Assembly: GCA_045047115.1 (NCBI GenBank)
Contig: JASFYR010000019.1
Coordinates: 1-64,000, forward strand
Length of the DNA: 64,000 nucleotides
Source of the DNA: Sulfurospirillum sp.
GTDB lineage: Bacteria; Campylobacterota; Campylobacteria; Campylobacterales; Sulfurospirillaceae
Reading direction: 5' to 3'
The position numbers were made by a program, and so were the translations under genes. Below, piece by piece: positions 52,715 through 63,608 of this stretch. Under the pieces are notes generated by a model. The model was given only the letters and a program-made list of their open reading frames with translations. It was not told where the DNA came from and searched no databases. The first letter of the stretch is position 1; the number at the start of each line of letters is the position of its first letter.

Positions 52715-53358
52715 TATTTCATCCCCCATACACCTATATTTATGTAGCCATCTACTCCAGCGGCTCCTGTTAGCTTCATTTCGTAAATATCTACTACGAG
52801 TTTGCTCTCTTCAATGGTATTTATGAATTTCATAATATTTTTAAATCTACCATTGAATTCAACTTTAAGATTCAAAATTTGTTCAATCTTCTGTAGGCTT
52901 GGTTTGTTGATTCTGTTTTTTATAATTTTGATTTTTACATGATTTTTTGCAGCTATAATTGTAATGGAATTAAGGAATTTGGCCCAATTTTGATTGTTAA
53001 ACAGAAGATATGATAAATCTTTCAGTTTGTTATCAACATATGTGTTGGTGTAAGTTGTCTTTTCTAACTGTATCTTTTCACCCTCAATTTCACTTTTGGC
53101 TTTTTTTATATAAAATCTCTCATCCCCGTTTCTTGTAACAGATCTAAGATAGCTCTTCTCGTTTTGAACTTTTTTGTTAATGGAGAGTAAATTTCTTTTT
53201 GTGATTTTTAATTTTTTTTCTGTTATTGGAAACAGATATGAATATACAATAAATCCAACAAAGACAAATATCATTAAAAAAATCAGAGCAAGTTCACTCT
53301 CTTTTTTTTCGGCTAAAGTTGCATCTATCTTTTCAAATATATTTTCTGAGCTACTCAT
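52711..53358 (-). CDS. PilO/MshJ-like alignment protein
   Basis: Single TM, coiled coil, GRFKNIMKFINTIE motif. Confidence 0.78.
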   Translation of the reverse strand: MSSSENIFEKIDATLAEKKESELALIFLMIFVFVGFIVYSYLFPITEKKLKITKRNLLSINKKVQNEKSYLRSVTRNGDERFYIKKAKSEIEGEKIQLEKTTYTNTYVDNKLKDLSYLLFNNQNWAKFLNSITIIAAKNHVKIKIIKNRINKPSLQKIEQILNLKVEFNGRFKNIMKFINTIEESKLVVDIYEMKLTGAAGVDGYINIGVWGMKY

Positions 53359-54874
53359 TGATTAATCCTATAGTTACTTTTGATATATACTTTTGTTTTT
53401 TATCAACTTTTTCTATTTTGTCAGTATTTATGTTATATTTATTGAGTGCTGTTAGATTTTTTATGAATTCTGTAATTCTTTTATCGCTTCTATTTTGTAT
53501 ATCAAATATGAATTTGTTATTTTTAAACTCTATGTCGTCAATTTTTGAGTTGTATTTATTTGAAATTTTAAAAAATTCAGCCAAGATAAGGGCTTTCATC
53601 GGATAGGATATCTTTTTCTTGTAAATCTCTGTAAGTAATTTTTTTCTAAACTCAAATTTATCACTCTCTTTTTTTAAAAGGCCATCAAGTCTGTTTTTCT
53701 CCTGCTTTAGAGTAGCAAGACTGTTTTTGATAGCGGATGTCTTTTTATTAAGTTTCACAAATGTTTTTGTCTGTTTGTCGAGCTTTAGTTGTAAAAAATA
53801 ATCATATCCTGTTTGGTATGCCGGATAAGCTAAGGATAAAATTATACTGGCTGCAACTACCCCGAGAAGTTTCCCTGATGGTCTTTTTGAAAGTGGAGGA
53901 GGGCGCCTGAAAGGTGAAAAGTTTAGACTGTCATCTTTCTCTTCAAAATATGCCTGTGCAGCCAAAATCATAAGTATGTGAATCTGATCTATATACCACT
54001 CTTTTGAGTTGATAGCTATACTAAAATTAAAATCATGTGATTCCAGGCCAAGATAGCTTTGTGCATACTCTTCAATGCCAAGAAGTTCTCCAATTTCCGA
54101 ACCGATATACAATTTATCAATTGACTCAAGAGAGTATGATCTTTTTGCATATATCAAAACATCGTTGATATATAAAAATATCTCTCCAAAAAGTTTCATA
54201 AGATGTTGCTGATAGTCCAGATTGGTGCCTTTTAATCCTTCTCTTGTAAGAAGACTATCAAAATCTTTATCTTCAATTCTTTCACCTATTAATTCACAAA
54301 ATTTTTCATTAATTTGCGTTAGAGAATAGTGTAAGGACTTTGAATATATGTATTCCCCATCTCTGTAAATCGCAAGAAAAGCATCTTTTTTTTGAAAATA
54401 GACAAAACAATCAATTCCATCTGGCTCGATAAAAGCTTTTTTGTAGAGAGATTGCATTAAAAACGGAGTACCGGTTGCATAGTCTATGTATTTTGTATGT
54501 TTTTTTATTGGAGTGAGTCGCTCATCTACAGATGCTGCGTCTATAACAAAGACATTGAATGTTCTGTTTTTTGTATCATTTGTCTCAGTTTCAAGATATG
54601 TAATCGAATAATTTACAGCGGAGTCAAGTCCTAGCTCATCATATACTTTTATCTCTATAGCGTCTTTTAAATCGCTCTCAGGTATATTTCTGCTCATATC
54701 AATTGCGGCAGAGATGATATCTTTTGAAGGAATATAAGAGATGATAAAAGATTCTTTTTTGCTCTTTTCAAGTTTATTGACTTTGATTTCATTTTTGGAG
54801 TATTCGTAGGAATTAAGAGTTATGGGGTCAACGGAAATGATGCTTGAAAAGTTCTTATCTTTGTTTGTCGCCAT
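53351..54874 (-). CDS. PilM-PilN/MshI-like alignment-complex fusion protein
   Basis: Cytoplasmic N-domain, 'LNF' motif, TM, coiled coil, PilN-like C-terminus; first gene of the operon. Confidence 0.7.
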   Translation of the reverse strand: MATNKDKNFSSIISVDPITLNSYEYSKNEIKVNKLEKSKKESFIISYIPSKDIISAAIDMSRNIPESDLKDAIEIKVYDELGLDSAVNYSITYLETETNDTKNRTFNVFVIDAASVDERLTPIKKHTKYIDYATGTPFLMQSLYKKAFIEPDGIDCFVYFQKKDAFLAIYRDGEYIYSKSLHYSLTQINEKFCELIGERIEDKDFDSLLTREGLKGTNLDYQQHLMKLFGEIFLYINDVLIYAKRSYSLESIDKLYIGSEIGELLGIEEYAQSYLGLESHDFNFSIAINSKEWYIDQIHILMILAAQAYFEEKDDSLNFSPFRRPPPLSKRPSGKLLGVVAASIILSLAYPAYQTGYDYFLQLKLDKQTKTFVKLNKKTSAIKNSLATLKQEKNRLDGLLKKESDKFEFRKKLLTEIYKKKISYPMKALILAEFFKISNKYNSKIDDIEFKNNKFIFDIQNRSDKRITEFIKNLTALNKYNINTDKIEKVDKKQKYISKVTIGLINE

Positions 54875-54943
54875 AATTCACAACTCCTATTTTTAAATAA
54901 ATAAAGTTAATCTACGATCAATTGTACCATAAAAAATTTATTT

Positions 54944-55837
54944 TTAATCTAAAACATACCCCATTTTCTTCAAAAGTTCCCTATTTTGGCTCCATCCAGG
55001 CTTAATAGTGACAAAAATTTTCAAAAATGCCTGCTTATCAATGATTTTTTCTATCTTCTGTCTAGCCCTTCTACCAATCCTTTTAAGCGTCTGTCCGTCT
55101 TTGCCTATAATGATGCCTTTTTGACTCTTTTTTTCGACTATTATATTGGCAAATATGCGTTCAATTTCTTCATCTTCTTCGACACTGTCAATAATTACAT
55201 CGGCAAAATAGGGAATCTCTTCACTTGTATTTTCGAAAATCGACTCTCTTATATATTCTTTATATATGTCTCTCATTTTTTCGGTGGTTAAAATTTCAGG
55301 ATCATACAGATATGGGTGTTTTGGTATATATTTTGAAATCTCCTCGAGTATATAGCTTTGCGTAACTCCTTTTTTTATAGAAATGGGGATTAGGGATAAA
55401 AATTTATCCTGGTATTTGCTAAATTCCATTATTTTTTTGAGAACTTTTTCATTCTTGACCTGATCTGTTTTTGTGAGTAGCACCATATGAGGTGTGTTTT
55501 TGCTGTTTTTTTTCAGAAAGTCAAGATAATAGTCGATTTTGTCTGTTATGGGTGATAAAAAGAGAATCAAGTCACAATCTCCCATAGCCTTGAGTGCCTC
55601 TTCGAGCATAAATTGGTTTAACAATCTCTCTTGTTCGTGAATTCCCGGGGTATCTATGAAGATAATTTGGGTGTTTTCATGAAGTGCTATTATTTTGGAT
55701 CTTCTTCTCGTGGCATTTGCCTTATGGGAGACCATAGCTATCTTTTCTCCCACAAGCCAGTTTAAAAGGGAGCTTTTGCCTGCATTTGGTCTGCCGACTA
55801 CTGCTACGAAGCCGGATTTTGTATTGATATCTTGCAT
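54944..55837 (-). CDS. era: GTPase Era
   Basis: SGFVAVVGRPNAGKSSL, DTPG, EEIPY, SQKGIIIGKDG KH domain. Confidence 0.97.
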   Translation of the reverse strand: MQDINTKSGFVAVVGRPNAGKSSLLNWLVGEKIAMVSHKANATRRRSKIIALHENTQIIFIDTPGIHEQERLLNQFMLEEALKAMGDCDLILFLSPITDKIDYYLDFLKKNSKNTPHMVLLTKTDQVKNEKVLKKIMEFSKYQDKFLSLIPISIKKGVTQSYILEEISKYIPKHPYLYDPEILTTEKMRDIYKEYIRESIFENTSEEIPYFADVIIDSVEEDEEIERIFANIIVEKKSQKGIIIGKDGQTLKRIGRRARQKIEKIIDKQAFLKIFVTIKPGWSQNRELLKKMGYVLD

Positions 55838-57162
55838 TAGAGAATATACCTGCTACTGTCTTCGTCCTCTACTATGGAATCTAGTTTTTCATGTACTAAC
55901 TCTTTTGTTATTTTTATATTTTCTCCTGCGCGTTCATCCGCGCTAAAGCTTATGTCCTCGAGTACTTTTTCTATGACTGTATGAAGTCGTCTTGCTCCAA
56001 TATCTTCCGTCTTCTCATTTGTCAGATGAGAGATTTTAGCAATTGCTTTAACTGCATCGTCTTCAAAAACAAGATCTACATTTTCAGTTTTGAGAAGCTC
56101 TTTGTACTGTTTGAGAAGAGAATTTTTTGGCTGAGTCAAAATCTTATACAAAATTTCTTCACTTAGAGAGTTGAGCTCTACTCTGAGAGGAAATCTTCCC
56201 TGAAGCTCAGGAATCAGATCGCTTGGTTTGCTAAGATGGAAAGCTCCCGCAGAGATAAAAAGGATATGGTCAGTTTTTATGACACCGTATTTTGTATTTA
56301 CATCACTTCCTTCTACTATCGGAAGCAAGTCTCTTTGTACACCCTCTTTGCTGGGGTCACTTCTGTTTCCGGCGTGAGAGCCAACGGCGACTTTATCTAT
56401 CTCATCTATAAAGATTATGCCACCATTTTCAGCTCTGTCTTTTGCCTCTATTTTTATGGCTTCAAAATCAAGCAGTTTTTCACTTGCTTCATTTTTCAGT
56501 GCCTCTTTCGCCTCTTTTACTTTGAGTGTTTTTTTGATATTTTTTTGATTGGAGCCCAATATTTTTATAAAAGATTCTTGGACCTTTACGACTTCGGGAG
56601 GCAGCGATGAGTCAGAGAGATCACTACTGCTGTTTGAAACTTCTATCTCTATCTCTAAATCATCCAGTTCTCCGTCACGAAATTTTTGTCTCATCTTTCC
56701 ATAGCTTCTTTGGTAGTCGCTTTTTTTCTCCTCGCTTGCGCCTTTTGGCAGAAGAGGGAGGATTTTTTCTATGATTTGTTTCTCTACATGCAGAGCTATC
56801 TGATCAGCATTTTTTTCTTTATGTTGAGCCCTGATTAGATTAACTGAAGCCATCATTAAGTCTCTCACCATCGACTCTACATCTCTTCCGACAAATCCAA
56901 CTTCAGTGTATTTGCTGGCTTCAACTTTTACAAAAGGCAATCCCATCATCTTTGCCATTCTTCTTGCTATTTCTGTTTTTCCTACACCGGTTGAGCCTAT
57001 CATGAGGATGTTTTTCGGCATTATCTCCTCTTGCATCTCGGTAGATAACTGCATTCTTCTATATCTGTTTCTTAGTGCAATTGCTATGGATTTTTTTGCT
57101 TCTAGTTGTCCTATTATGTATTCGTCTAAGTATTTAACTATCTCTTTTGGAGTTAAATTCAT
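55837..57162 (-). CDS. hslU: HslUV protease ATPase subunit
   Basis: PKNILMIGSTGVGKTEIARR, KYTEVGFVG, GVQRDLLP, ELQGRFP, IGARRL. Confidence 0.98.
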   Translation of the reverse strand: MNLTPKEIVKYLDEYIIGQLEAKKSIAIALRNRYRRMQLSTEMQEEIMPKNILMIGSTGVGKTEIARRMAKMMGLPFVKVEASKYTEVGFVGRDVESMVRDLMMASVNLIRAQHKEKNADQIALHVEKQIIEKILPLLPKGASEEKKSDYQRSYGKMRQKFRDGELDDLEIEIEVSNSSSDLSDSSLPPEVVKVQESFIKILGSNQKNIKKTLKVKEAKEALKNEASEKLLDFEAIKIEAKDRAENGGIIFIDEIDKVAVGSHAGNRSDPSKEGVQRDLLPIVEGSDVNTKYGVIKTDHILFISAGAFHLSKPSDLIPELQGRFPLRVELNSLSEEILYKILTQPKNSLLKQYKELLKTENVDLVFEDDAVKAIAKISHLTNEKTEDIGARRLHTVIEKVLEDISFSADERAGENIKITKELVHEKLDSIVEDEDSSRYIL

Positions 57163-57705
57163 CTATTTTGTTTCCTCTAAAGTATAAATTTTTATATTGT
57201 CATTTGTGTATATACAAAGTTCGCTTGCTATTTTCAGACTCTCTTTGACTAAAGTCTCTTCATCTAGACTAGAGTGTCTTTGAAGTGCTCTTGCCGCTGA
57301 AATCGCAAAGTTTCCACCGCTTCCTATGGCTGCAATCTTTTCATCTTCAGGTTCTACCACATCACCGTTTCCACTCAATATGAAGATATGCTTTGTATTG
57401 AGTACAATCATCATAGCTTCAAGTCTGCGAAGCATCTTGTCTTTTCTCCACTCTTTTGAAAACTCTATGACAGATTTGTAGAGATCACCTTTTTTTTGAC
57501 CTAAAATTCCCTCGAACATATCAAAAAGATTGAAAGCATCAGCAGTGCTTCCCGCAAAACCTGCTAAAATTTTCCCATTATACAGGCGCCTTATCTTTGT
57601 AGCGTTACTTTTCAGTACGCTGTTGCCAAAAGTAACTTGACCATCCCCACCTATGACTGCCTTGTCTTTGCCTTTATAGGCAAGTATGGTTGTAGCTTCA
57701 AACAT
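57163..57705 (-). CDS. hslV: HslUV protease peptidase subunit
   Basis: [26 protein letters not shown]. Confidence 0.98.
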   Translation of the reverse strand: MFEATTILAYKGKDKAVIGGDGQVTFGNSVLKSNATKIRRLYNGKILAGFAGSTADAFNLFDMFEGILGQKKGDLYKSVIEFSKEWRKDKMLRRLEAMMIVLNTKHIFILSGNGDVVEPEDEKIAAIGSGGNFAISAARALQRHSSLDEETLVKESLKIASELCIYTNDNIKIYTLEETK

Positions 57706-57707
57706 TC

Positions 57708-58154
57708 CTATTCTCCAACAATCTCGACAGTTAATTTAGCATGAATGCCATGTCCCAGCTTTGCAGATATATCAAATTCACCTGTCATCTTTATGGCTTT
57801 ATCTATCTCTATACTCTTTTTGTCAATCTCTATATCATATTGGTTTTTCAGCTCATGTGCTATCTCATCTTTTGTTACAGCTCCAAAAAGACTGCCATTT
57901 GCACCAAGTTTTCTTTTGATTACGAGTCTAATGTCAGCCAATTTTTTTTCTATATCTTTAAGCCTTACTAATTCATCAGCTGTCTCTTTTGCTTTTCTTT
58001 TTTGTTCTGCTTCATATCTTTTTATGACATCATTTGTGGCATGTAGTGCAAAACCTTTTCCTATCAAAAAATTTCTTCCATAGCCATCTTTCACCTCTTT
58101 AATCTCACCTTTTTTGCCAAGTGATTTTACATCTTTAATCAATAAAACTTTCAT
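57708..58154 (-). CDS. rplI: 50S ribosomal protein L9
   Basis: [16 protein letters not shown]...[16 protein letters not shown]. Confidence 0.98.
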   Translation of the reverse strand: MKVLLIKDVKSLGKKGEIKEVKDGYGRNFLIGKGFALHATNDVIKRYEAEQKRKAKETADELVRLKDIEKKLADIRLVIKRKLGANGSLFGAVTKDEIAHELKNQYDIEIDKKSIEIDKAIKMTGEFDISAKLGHGIHAKLTVEIVGE

Positions 58155-58549
58155 CTTTTCTCCTCAATATTTTTTGGTAACTTTGTATTTTTTCCTGTTT
58201 TTCCGGAATATGCAATAATTCCTTCGCTTAAATGGGCTATTTTATCAAAACCCATTCTTTTTAGTATCATCAATACCTGTTCTGTCCTGTTTCCTGTCCG
58301 GCAGTAGAGTATAATATGCTCATCTTTTATCTTTTCAAGATCTTCTATATGTCTGTGCAATAGCGTTGTCGGATAGAGCAAATCTGTTTTATCTATACTC
58401 CTGTCGCTATACTCATAAATTTCACGAATGTCTATCAATTTAAAATCAAACTTGCCTTCTTCTTTGTATCTAAGTAACTCCTGTAAATCTTCATCTTTCA
58501 CTTGAGCGCTTGAAAATACTCTTTTTTTTATCTCTTCCAAGTCATGCAT
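58151..58549 (-). CDS. Rhodanese-like domain protein
   Basis: [28 protein letters not shown]; start uncertain (58549-58579). Confidence 0.88.
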   Translation of the reverse strand: MHDLEEIKKRVFSSAQVKDEDLQELLRYKEEGKFDFKLIDIREIYEYSDRSIDKTDLLYPTTLLHRHIEDLEKIKDEHIILYCRTGNRTEQVLMILKRMGFDKIAHLSEGIIAYSGKTGKNTKLPKNIEEKR

Positions 58550-59771
58550 CGCCATAGAATTTTTTGTTTTTTCCGCCAATTATGAATCTAAGAGCATTTA
58601 GTTTGATGAAACCTTCCGCATCTTTTTGGTTATAAACCTCATCCTCTTCAAATGTACAAAACTCTGCATTGAAAAGATTATTTTTTGCAGAATCTCTTCC
58701 TACTACCATTACATTGCCTTTATATAACTCAAGTCTGACAGTGCCATTTACATTTTCCTGGGATTTGTCTATGGCGGCTTGCATCATTTCACGCTCGGGT
58801 GAAAACCAAAAGCCATTGTATATGGTTTTTGCATATCTTGGCATAAGCTCGTCTTTAAAATGTGCAGCTTCTCTATCAAGCGATATGCTCTCTATAGCTC
58901 TGTGGGCCTTTAGCATTATGGTTCCGCCGGGAGTTTCATAGCAACCACGACTTTTCATACCTACAAAACGATTTTCAACTATATCGATTCTTCCTATGCC
59001 GTTTCTGCCACCTATTTCATTTAGGGATTCCAGCATCTTGGCAGGGCTCAATCTTACACCATTTAGTGCAACAGGATCACCTTTTTCATACTCTATCTCT
59101 ATGGTTTCTGTGTAATCGGGTGCTTCTTGCGGGCTTTTTGTCCATCTCCACATATCTTCTTCAGGTTTTGCATTTGGATCTTCAAGCACCAAACCCTCAT
59201 ATGAGATATGAAGTAAATTTGCATCCATGGAGTATGGAGATTTATTTCCTTTTTTCTCTATATTTATATTGTGTTTTTTTGCATACGCCAAAAGTTTTTC
59301 GCGAGAGTTCAAATCCCACTCTCGCCAAGGTGCTATGATAGTCAAGTTTGAGTTGATGCCAAGATATCCAAGTTCAAATCTAACTTGATCGTTTCCCTTG
59401 CCTGTAGCCCCATGACTTACAGAATCAGCTCCTGTGAGTGCTGCTATCTCTGCTTGCCTTTTGGCGATAAGTGGTCTTGCTATGGAAGTTCCAAGAAGAT
59501 ACTCTCCCTCATATATGGCATTTGCTCTAAACATAGGAAATACATAATCTCTAACAAATTCCTCTTTGAGGTCTTCTATGAAGATATTTTCAGGTTTTAT
59601 ACCCATCTCTATAGCTTTTTTGCGGGCAGGTTCCAGCTCTTCACCCTGTCCCACATCGGCAGTAAATGTCACTACTTCGCAGTTAAACTCATCTTGAAGC
59701 CACTTTAAAATTATACTCGTGTCTAGTCCACCAGAATATGCAAGGACTACTTTTTTAATATTTCGTTTGAT
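58542..59771 (-). CDS. argG: Argininosuccinate synthase (apparent ATC start)
   Basis: Frame extends 33 codons beyond the listed ORF to give (I)[18 protein letters not shown]; also [33 protein letters not shown]. Confidence 0.96.
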   Translation of the reverse strand: MKRNIKKVVLAYSGGLDTSIILKWLQDEFNCEVVTFTADVGQGEELEPARKKAIEMGIKPENIFIEDLKEEFVRDYVFPMFRANAIYEGEYLLGTSIARPLIAKRQAEIAALTGADSVSHGATGKGNDQVRFELGYLGINSNLTIIAPWREWDLNSREKLLAYAKKHNINIEKKGNKSPYSMDANLLHISYEGLVLEDPNAKPEEDMWRWTKSPQEAPDYTETIEIEYEKGDPVALNGVRLSPAKMLESLNEIGGRNGIGRIDIVENRFVGMKSRGCYETPGGTIMLKAHRAIESISLDREAAHFKDELMPRYAKTIYNGFWFSPEREMMQAAIDKSQENVNGTVRLELYKGNVMVVGRDSAKNNLFNAEFCTFEEDEVYNQKDAEGFIKLNALRFIIGGKNKKFYGDA

Positions 59772-59942
59772 GATGTATCCTTTTTAATATAAATTAAGAG
59801 GTATTTTATCAAAAAATAGTAAAAAAGTAGCTTATTTGTATAAATAACAGACCTAATAGAGTGCAAAAATCGTTCCATACAATTTGTATTTAAAAAATCT
59901 TTTGCTACAATTTTAAAAACTGATGAATATTGAGGAGTTGCT

Positions 59943-60188
59943 TTGAGGATAGATAAATTTTTAAATTGTGTGAATATAACCAAAAGAAGAGCCATTTCGG
60001 AAGATATGTGCAAAAGCGGTGTTGTGAGCATAAATGATGCCATAGTCAAACCTGCAAAAACGGTAAAAATCGGTGATATTATCACAATAAAATATCTAAA
60101 GCATAACTCAAAATATGAAGTTTTGGAGATACCTGCTACAAAAACGATTCCAAAGACAATGCAGTCAAAATATGTGAAGGAGCTATAA
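59943..60188 (+). CDS. RNA-binding S4 domain protein (Hsp15/RqcP-like)
   Basis: MRIDKFL...ITKRR...C..G.V.IN...KPAK.VKIGD. Confidence 0.92.
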   Translation: MRIDKFLNCVNITKRRAISEDMCKSGVVSINDAIVKPAKTVKIGDIITIKYLKHNSKYEVLEIPATKTIPKTMQSKYVKEL

Positions 60189-61168
60189 TGTTTGATATAG
60201 CAAAAGAGAAATTTCAAAAGATATTTGAAGACAAAATTTCAGCTGATGAGGCAAGAGAGTATCTTGTTGAGTTGTACAACAGAGGCGAAAGTGCAGAAGA
60301 GATAGCAGCAGCCACAGAGGTGATGAGGGAACACAGCATCAAACTCATTATCCCCGGGGTTTTAAGAGAAAAACTTATAGATGTGGTAGGAACAGGCGGG
60401 GATAAAAGCAATAGTTTTAATATTTCAAGTACTGTCTCTTTGCTTCTTCCAAGCTTGGGTTGCTCTGTTGCAAAACACGGTAACAGGGCTATAACGAGCA
60501 ATTCCGGTAGTGCAGATATGCTTGAAGCATTAGGTGTAAATCTAGCTCTTAAACCTGACCAGCAGTCAAAAATGTTACAAGAGTGTGGTTTTGCATTTTT
60601 ATTTGCTATCAATCACCATCCTGCGATGAGATATATAATGCCAATCAGAAAGAGCTTAGCACATCGTACCATCTTTAACATGCTGGGACCTCTTACAAAT
60701 CCGGCTGGCGCCAAAAAATATCTTATAGGTGTATTTAGTGACAAATTTCTAAATAGAATCATAGTAGGACTTAGTCTCTTAGATACCAAAAATGCGATAG
60801 CAGTGAGCAGTAGAGATGGTATGGATGAGATAAGTATATCTGATATAACCTATGCAACTATGCTTAAAGACAACAGAACGACAGATTTTATAATTGACCC
60901 GCAAGAGTATGGTCTTAAATTATCGCCCAAAGAGGGAATTTTAGGCGGGGATGCGAAGCAAAATTCAAAGATAACATACTCAATTCTAAAAGGAGAAGAG
61001 GGTGGGGCTAGAAAAAATATAGTTCTTTTAAACGCAGCTACCGCACTTGTAGTGGATGATAAAGCAAGAGATATAAAAGAGGGTATTGAGATGGCAAAAG
61101 AGGCGATTGATAGTGGAAAAGCTTTTGAGAAGTTGCAAGAGATTATAAAGGTTTCAAATTCACTATGA
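60188..61168 (+). CDS. trpD: Anthranilate phosphoribosyltransferase
   Basis: DVVGTGGD, NISST, AKHGNR..S.SGSAD, RTIFNMLGPLTNP, DGMDEIS. Confidence 0.97.
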   Translation: MFDIAKEKFQKIFEDKISADEAREYLVELYNRGESAEEIAAATEVMREHSIKLIIPGVLREKLIDVVGTGGDKSNSFNISSTVSLLLPSLGCSVAKHGNRAITSNSGSADMLEALGVNLALKPDQQSKMLQECGFAFLFAINHHPAMRYIMPIRKSLAHRTIFNMLGPLTNPAGAKKYLIGVFSDKFLNRIIVGLSLLDTKNAIAVSSRDGMDEISISDITYATMLKDNRTTDFIIDPQEYGLKLSPKEGILGGDAKQNSKITYSILKGEEGGARKNIVLLNAATALVVDDKARDIKEGIEMAKEAIDSGKAFEKLQEIIKVSNSL

Positions 61169-61587
61169 ATGAGAAAGTTTGTACCTTAGATGAGTTGGAG
61201 AGTTTTGCAAAAGAGATTGCAGAATTGGCAAAAGATTGCGGAGTTGTCTTGCTAAGAGGTGATTTGGCGAGTGGCAAGACAACATTTGTAAAAAAATTTT
61301 CAAGTGCTTTGGGACTTAGAGAAGATGTGGTATCCCCAACATTTTCGGTTCAAAACAGATATGGAGAAAGTCTGTATCATTACGATATTTACCAAAATGG
61401 CATAGGGGGTTTTCTCTCTTCGGGACTGCTTGAGGAATTGGATAAAGAGGGTTATCATCTGATAGAGTGGGGTGACGAAAAACTTGAAAGTGTTTTGAGA
61501 AAATATTTTATAGATTATATTGTTGTTGATATAGAAAAAAAGTCTGATGAGAGTAGAGTATATAAGGTTAAAAAATGCATAAACTAA
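61165..61587 (+). CDS. tsaE: tRNA threonylcarbamoyladenosine biosynthesis ATPase TsaE
   Basis: [22 protein letters not shown]. Confidence 0.95.
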   Translation: MNEKVCTLDELESFAKEIAELAKDCGVVLLRGDLASGKTTFVKKFSSALGLREDVVSPTFSVQNRYGESLYHYDIYQNGIGGFLSSGLLEELDKEGYHLIEWGDEKLESVLRKYFIDYIVVDIEKKSDESRVYKVKKCIN

Positions 61588-62297
61588 AAGTTGATAACTT
61601 AATAAAAATAATCAAAAAGACAAATATAATAAACGGTGTTTCACTAGAGGTAAAGAGTGGAGAAATAGTGGGACTTCTTGGTCCAAATGGTGCGGGTAAA
61701 ACCACAATGTTTTATATGATATGTGGAATCATTTCACCAAATAGCGGGGAGATATATCTTGATAATAAAAACATAACAAAAATGCCCCTGCATAAAAGAG
61801 CAAAAGAGGGGGTAGGGTACCTGCCTCAAGAATCAAGCATCTTTAAAGAGCTAAGTGTCGAAGAGAATCTTCTGTTGGCGGCAGAGATTGTCTATGATAA
61901 TGAGGAGGAGGCACAGCACAGGGTGGAAAAACTACTTGAGCTCTTAAATATAGAGCCAATCAGAAAAAGAAAAGGCATAAGCCTGAGTGGTGGAGAGAGA
62001 AGAAGATGCGAGATAGCCAGATCATTGGCGAATTTTCCAAAATTCTTACTTCTCGATGAACCTTTTGCGGGAGTTGATCCAATAGCCGTAACTGACATAC
62101 AGGCTATCGTCAGAGATCTTGCAAAGCTAAATATTGGTGTGCTTATTACTGACCATAATGTAAGAGAGACTCTAGGTATATGTGACAGGGCTTATGTTAT
62201 GAAAGACGGGGCTTTGCTTGCAAGTGGAAATGCCGGGGATGTTGCAAACAATAAACTGGTGAAGACACATTATCTTGGGGTTGATTTTAAATTTTAA
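61575..62297 (+). CDS. lptB: LPS export ABC transporter ATP-binding protein
   Basis: [53 protein letters not shown]. Confidence 0.97.
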   Translation: MHKLKVDNLIKIIKKTNIINGVSLEVKSGEIVGLLGPNGAGKTTMFYMICGIISPNSGEIYLDNKNITKMPLHKRAKEGVGYLPQESSIFKELSVEENLLLAAEIVYDNEEEAQHRVEKLLELLNIEPIRKRKGISLSGGERRRCEIARSLANFPKFLLLDEPFAGVDPIAVTDIQAIVRDLAKLNIGVLITDHNVRETLGICDRAYVMKDGALLASGNAGDVANNKLVKTHYLGVDFKF

Positions 62298-62312
62298 TAA
62301 GGAGAAAGATCT

Positions 62313-63593
62313 GTGAAATTAAGGACTAGAACAGAGCAAGCTACAAAGCAGAAGCTCTCTTCTACGCTTAGGAGTTGGCTGCCTATACTACAGTCCGATT
62401 TAGAGTCCTTACAAGAGGTACTAGAGCCTTTTGCCAAAGAAAATCCATTTATAGAGATAAAAGCTGGAAATGAAAAAGTAGAAAGGAGGTTTGAGAAAAA
62501 GAACTTTTTCCAGCAAATATCAAAAGATTCTGTTTCAGGTGTCATTGAGGCACTGACAATAGATAAAAAATCCCTGTACGATGTACTTTATGAACAGATT
62601 AATTCTCCTCTTTTTCCTACTTCCAAATCACAAGAGATTGCTTATGAGATTATAGAAAATTTAGATAGCGAGGGATATTTCTCCAAGGATGCTTTTGAGA
62701 AAATATCACAAAAATTTACCTGCAAATTTGAAGATGTTGACAAGATAAGAAAAAGGTTTTCAAATTTGATACCCAGCGGAGTCTGTGCTCTTGATTTTAA
62801 AGAGTCTTTTTTATTTCAATTGGATGATTTTGATTTGGATGATGAGTTGTATAGATTTACAGTAGAGTTGATTGAAAATTTTGAATCTTTAGAATCTTAT
62901 ACTGCCGAGTCTTTGTTTGCAGATGCAATTAAAATTATCAAAAAATTTAAAAATCCTCCGGCTATCGAGTATTTTGAGGATAACAGACAAATTATACCTG
63001 ATATTTTCATATTTAAAACAGGTGAAAATATAGAGGTGAAACTAAATGATGCGTATTATCCTGATATAGTTCTTGACACTGACGGATTGGATGATAAACA
63101 CGAATTTGTATCGAGAAAAATTAAAGATGCAAAGGATCTGATTGATGCTCTCGAGATGAGAAAAGCAACACTGTATAAAATAGGGCTTTTGATAGTAGAG
63201 TATCAGTATGATTTTTTCTTTGGCAGAGCTATTGCTCCTATGAAACTCAAGGATTTGGCTACAGAATTGAAACGAAATCCATCTACAATTTCTCGAGCAA
63301 TTTCTGGTAAATATATATCTTGTAACAGGGGAGTGATTCCACTGAAGAGTTTTTTTGCAACAGCTTTGGATATGGATGTTTCAAATAGTGCGATAAAAGA
63401 GTATATGTGCGAATTAGTAAAATACGAAGATAGAAAAAAGCCTCTTAGTGATGCTAAGATATTGAACTCTATCGAGAAAAAATTTGGCATAAAATTAGTT
63501 AGAAGAACTATAACAAAATACAGACAACAGTGCAATATAGCAGGTTCAAGTGAAAGAAAAAAACTATATATGCTTATTGCTTCACCTTATTAG
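62313..63593 (+). CDS. rpoN: RNA polymerase sigma-54 factor
   Basis: LPILQ, ENPFIE, STISRAISGKY, PLSD, RRTITKYR RpoN box; follows lptB. Confidence 0.95.
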   Translation: MKLRTRTEQATKQKLSSTLRSWLPILQSDLESLQEVLEPFAKENPFIEIKAGNEKVERRFEKKNFFQQISKDSVSGVIEALTIDKKSLYDVLYEQINSPLFPTSKSQEIAYEIIENLDSEGYFSKDAFEKISQKFTCKFEDVDKIRKRFSNLIPSGVCALDFKESFLFQLDDFDLDDELYRFTVELIENFESLESYTAESLFADAIKIIKKFKNPPAIEYFEDNRQIIPDIFIFKTGENIEVKLNDAYYPDIVLDTDGLDDKHEFVSRKIKDAKDLIDALEMRKATLYKIGLLIVEYQYDFFFGRAIAPMKLKDLATELKRNPSTISRAISGKYISCNRGVIPLKSFFATALDMDVSNSAIKEYMCELVKYEDRKKPLSDAKILNSIEKKFGIKLVRRTITKYRQQCNIAGSSERKKLYMLIASPY

Positions 63594-63608
63594 GCGGAGC
63601 AATAAAAA

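Noticed and set aside
63576..63603. Hairpin at the rpoN/J-domain gene junction as a terminator
   Set aside because: Imperfect stem with no U-tract on either strand; left uncalled.
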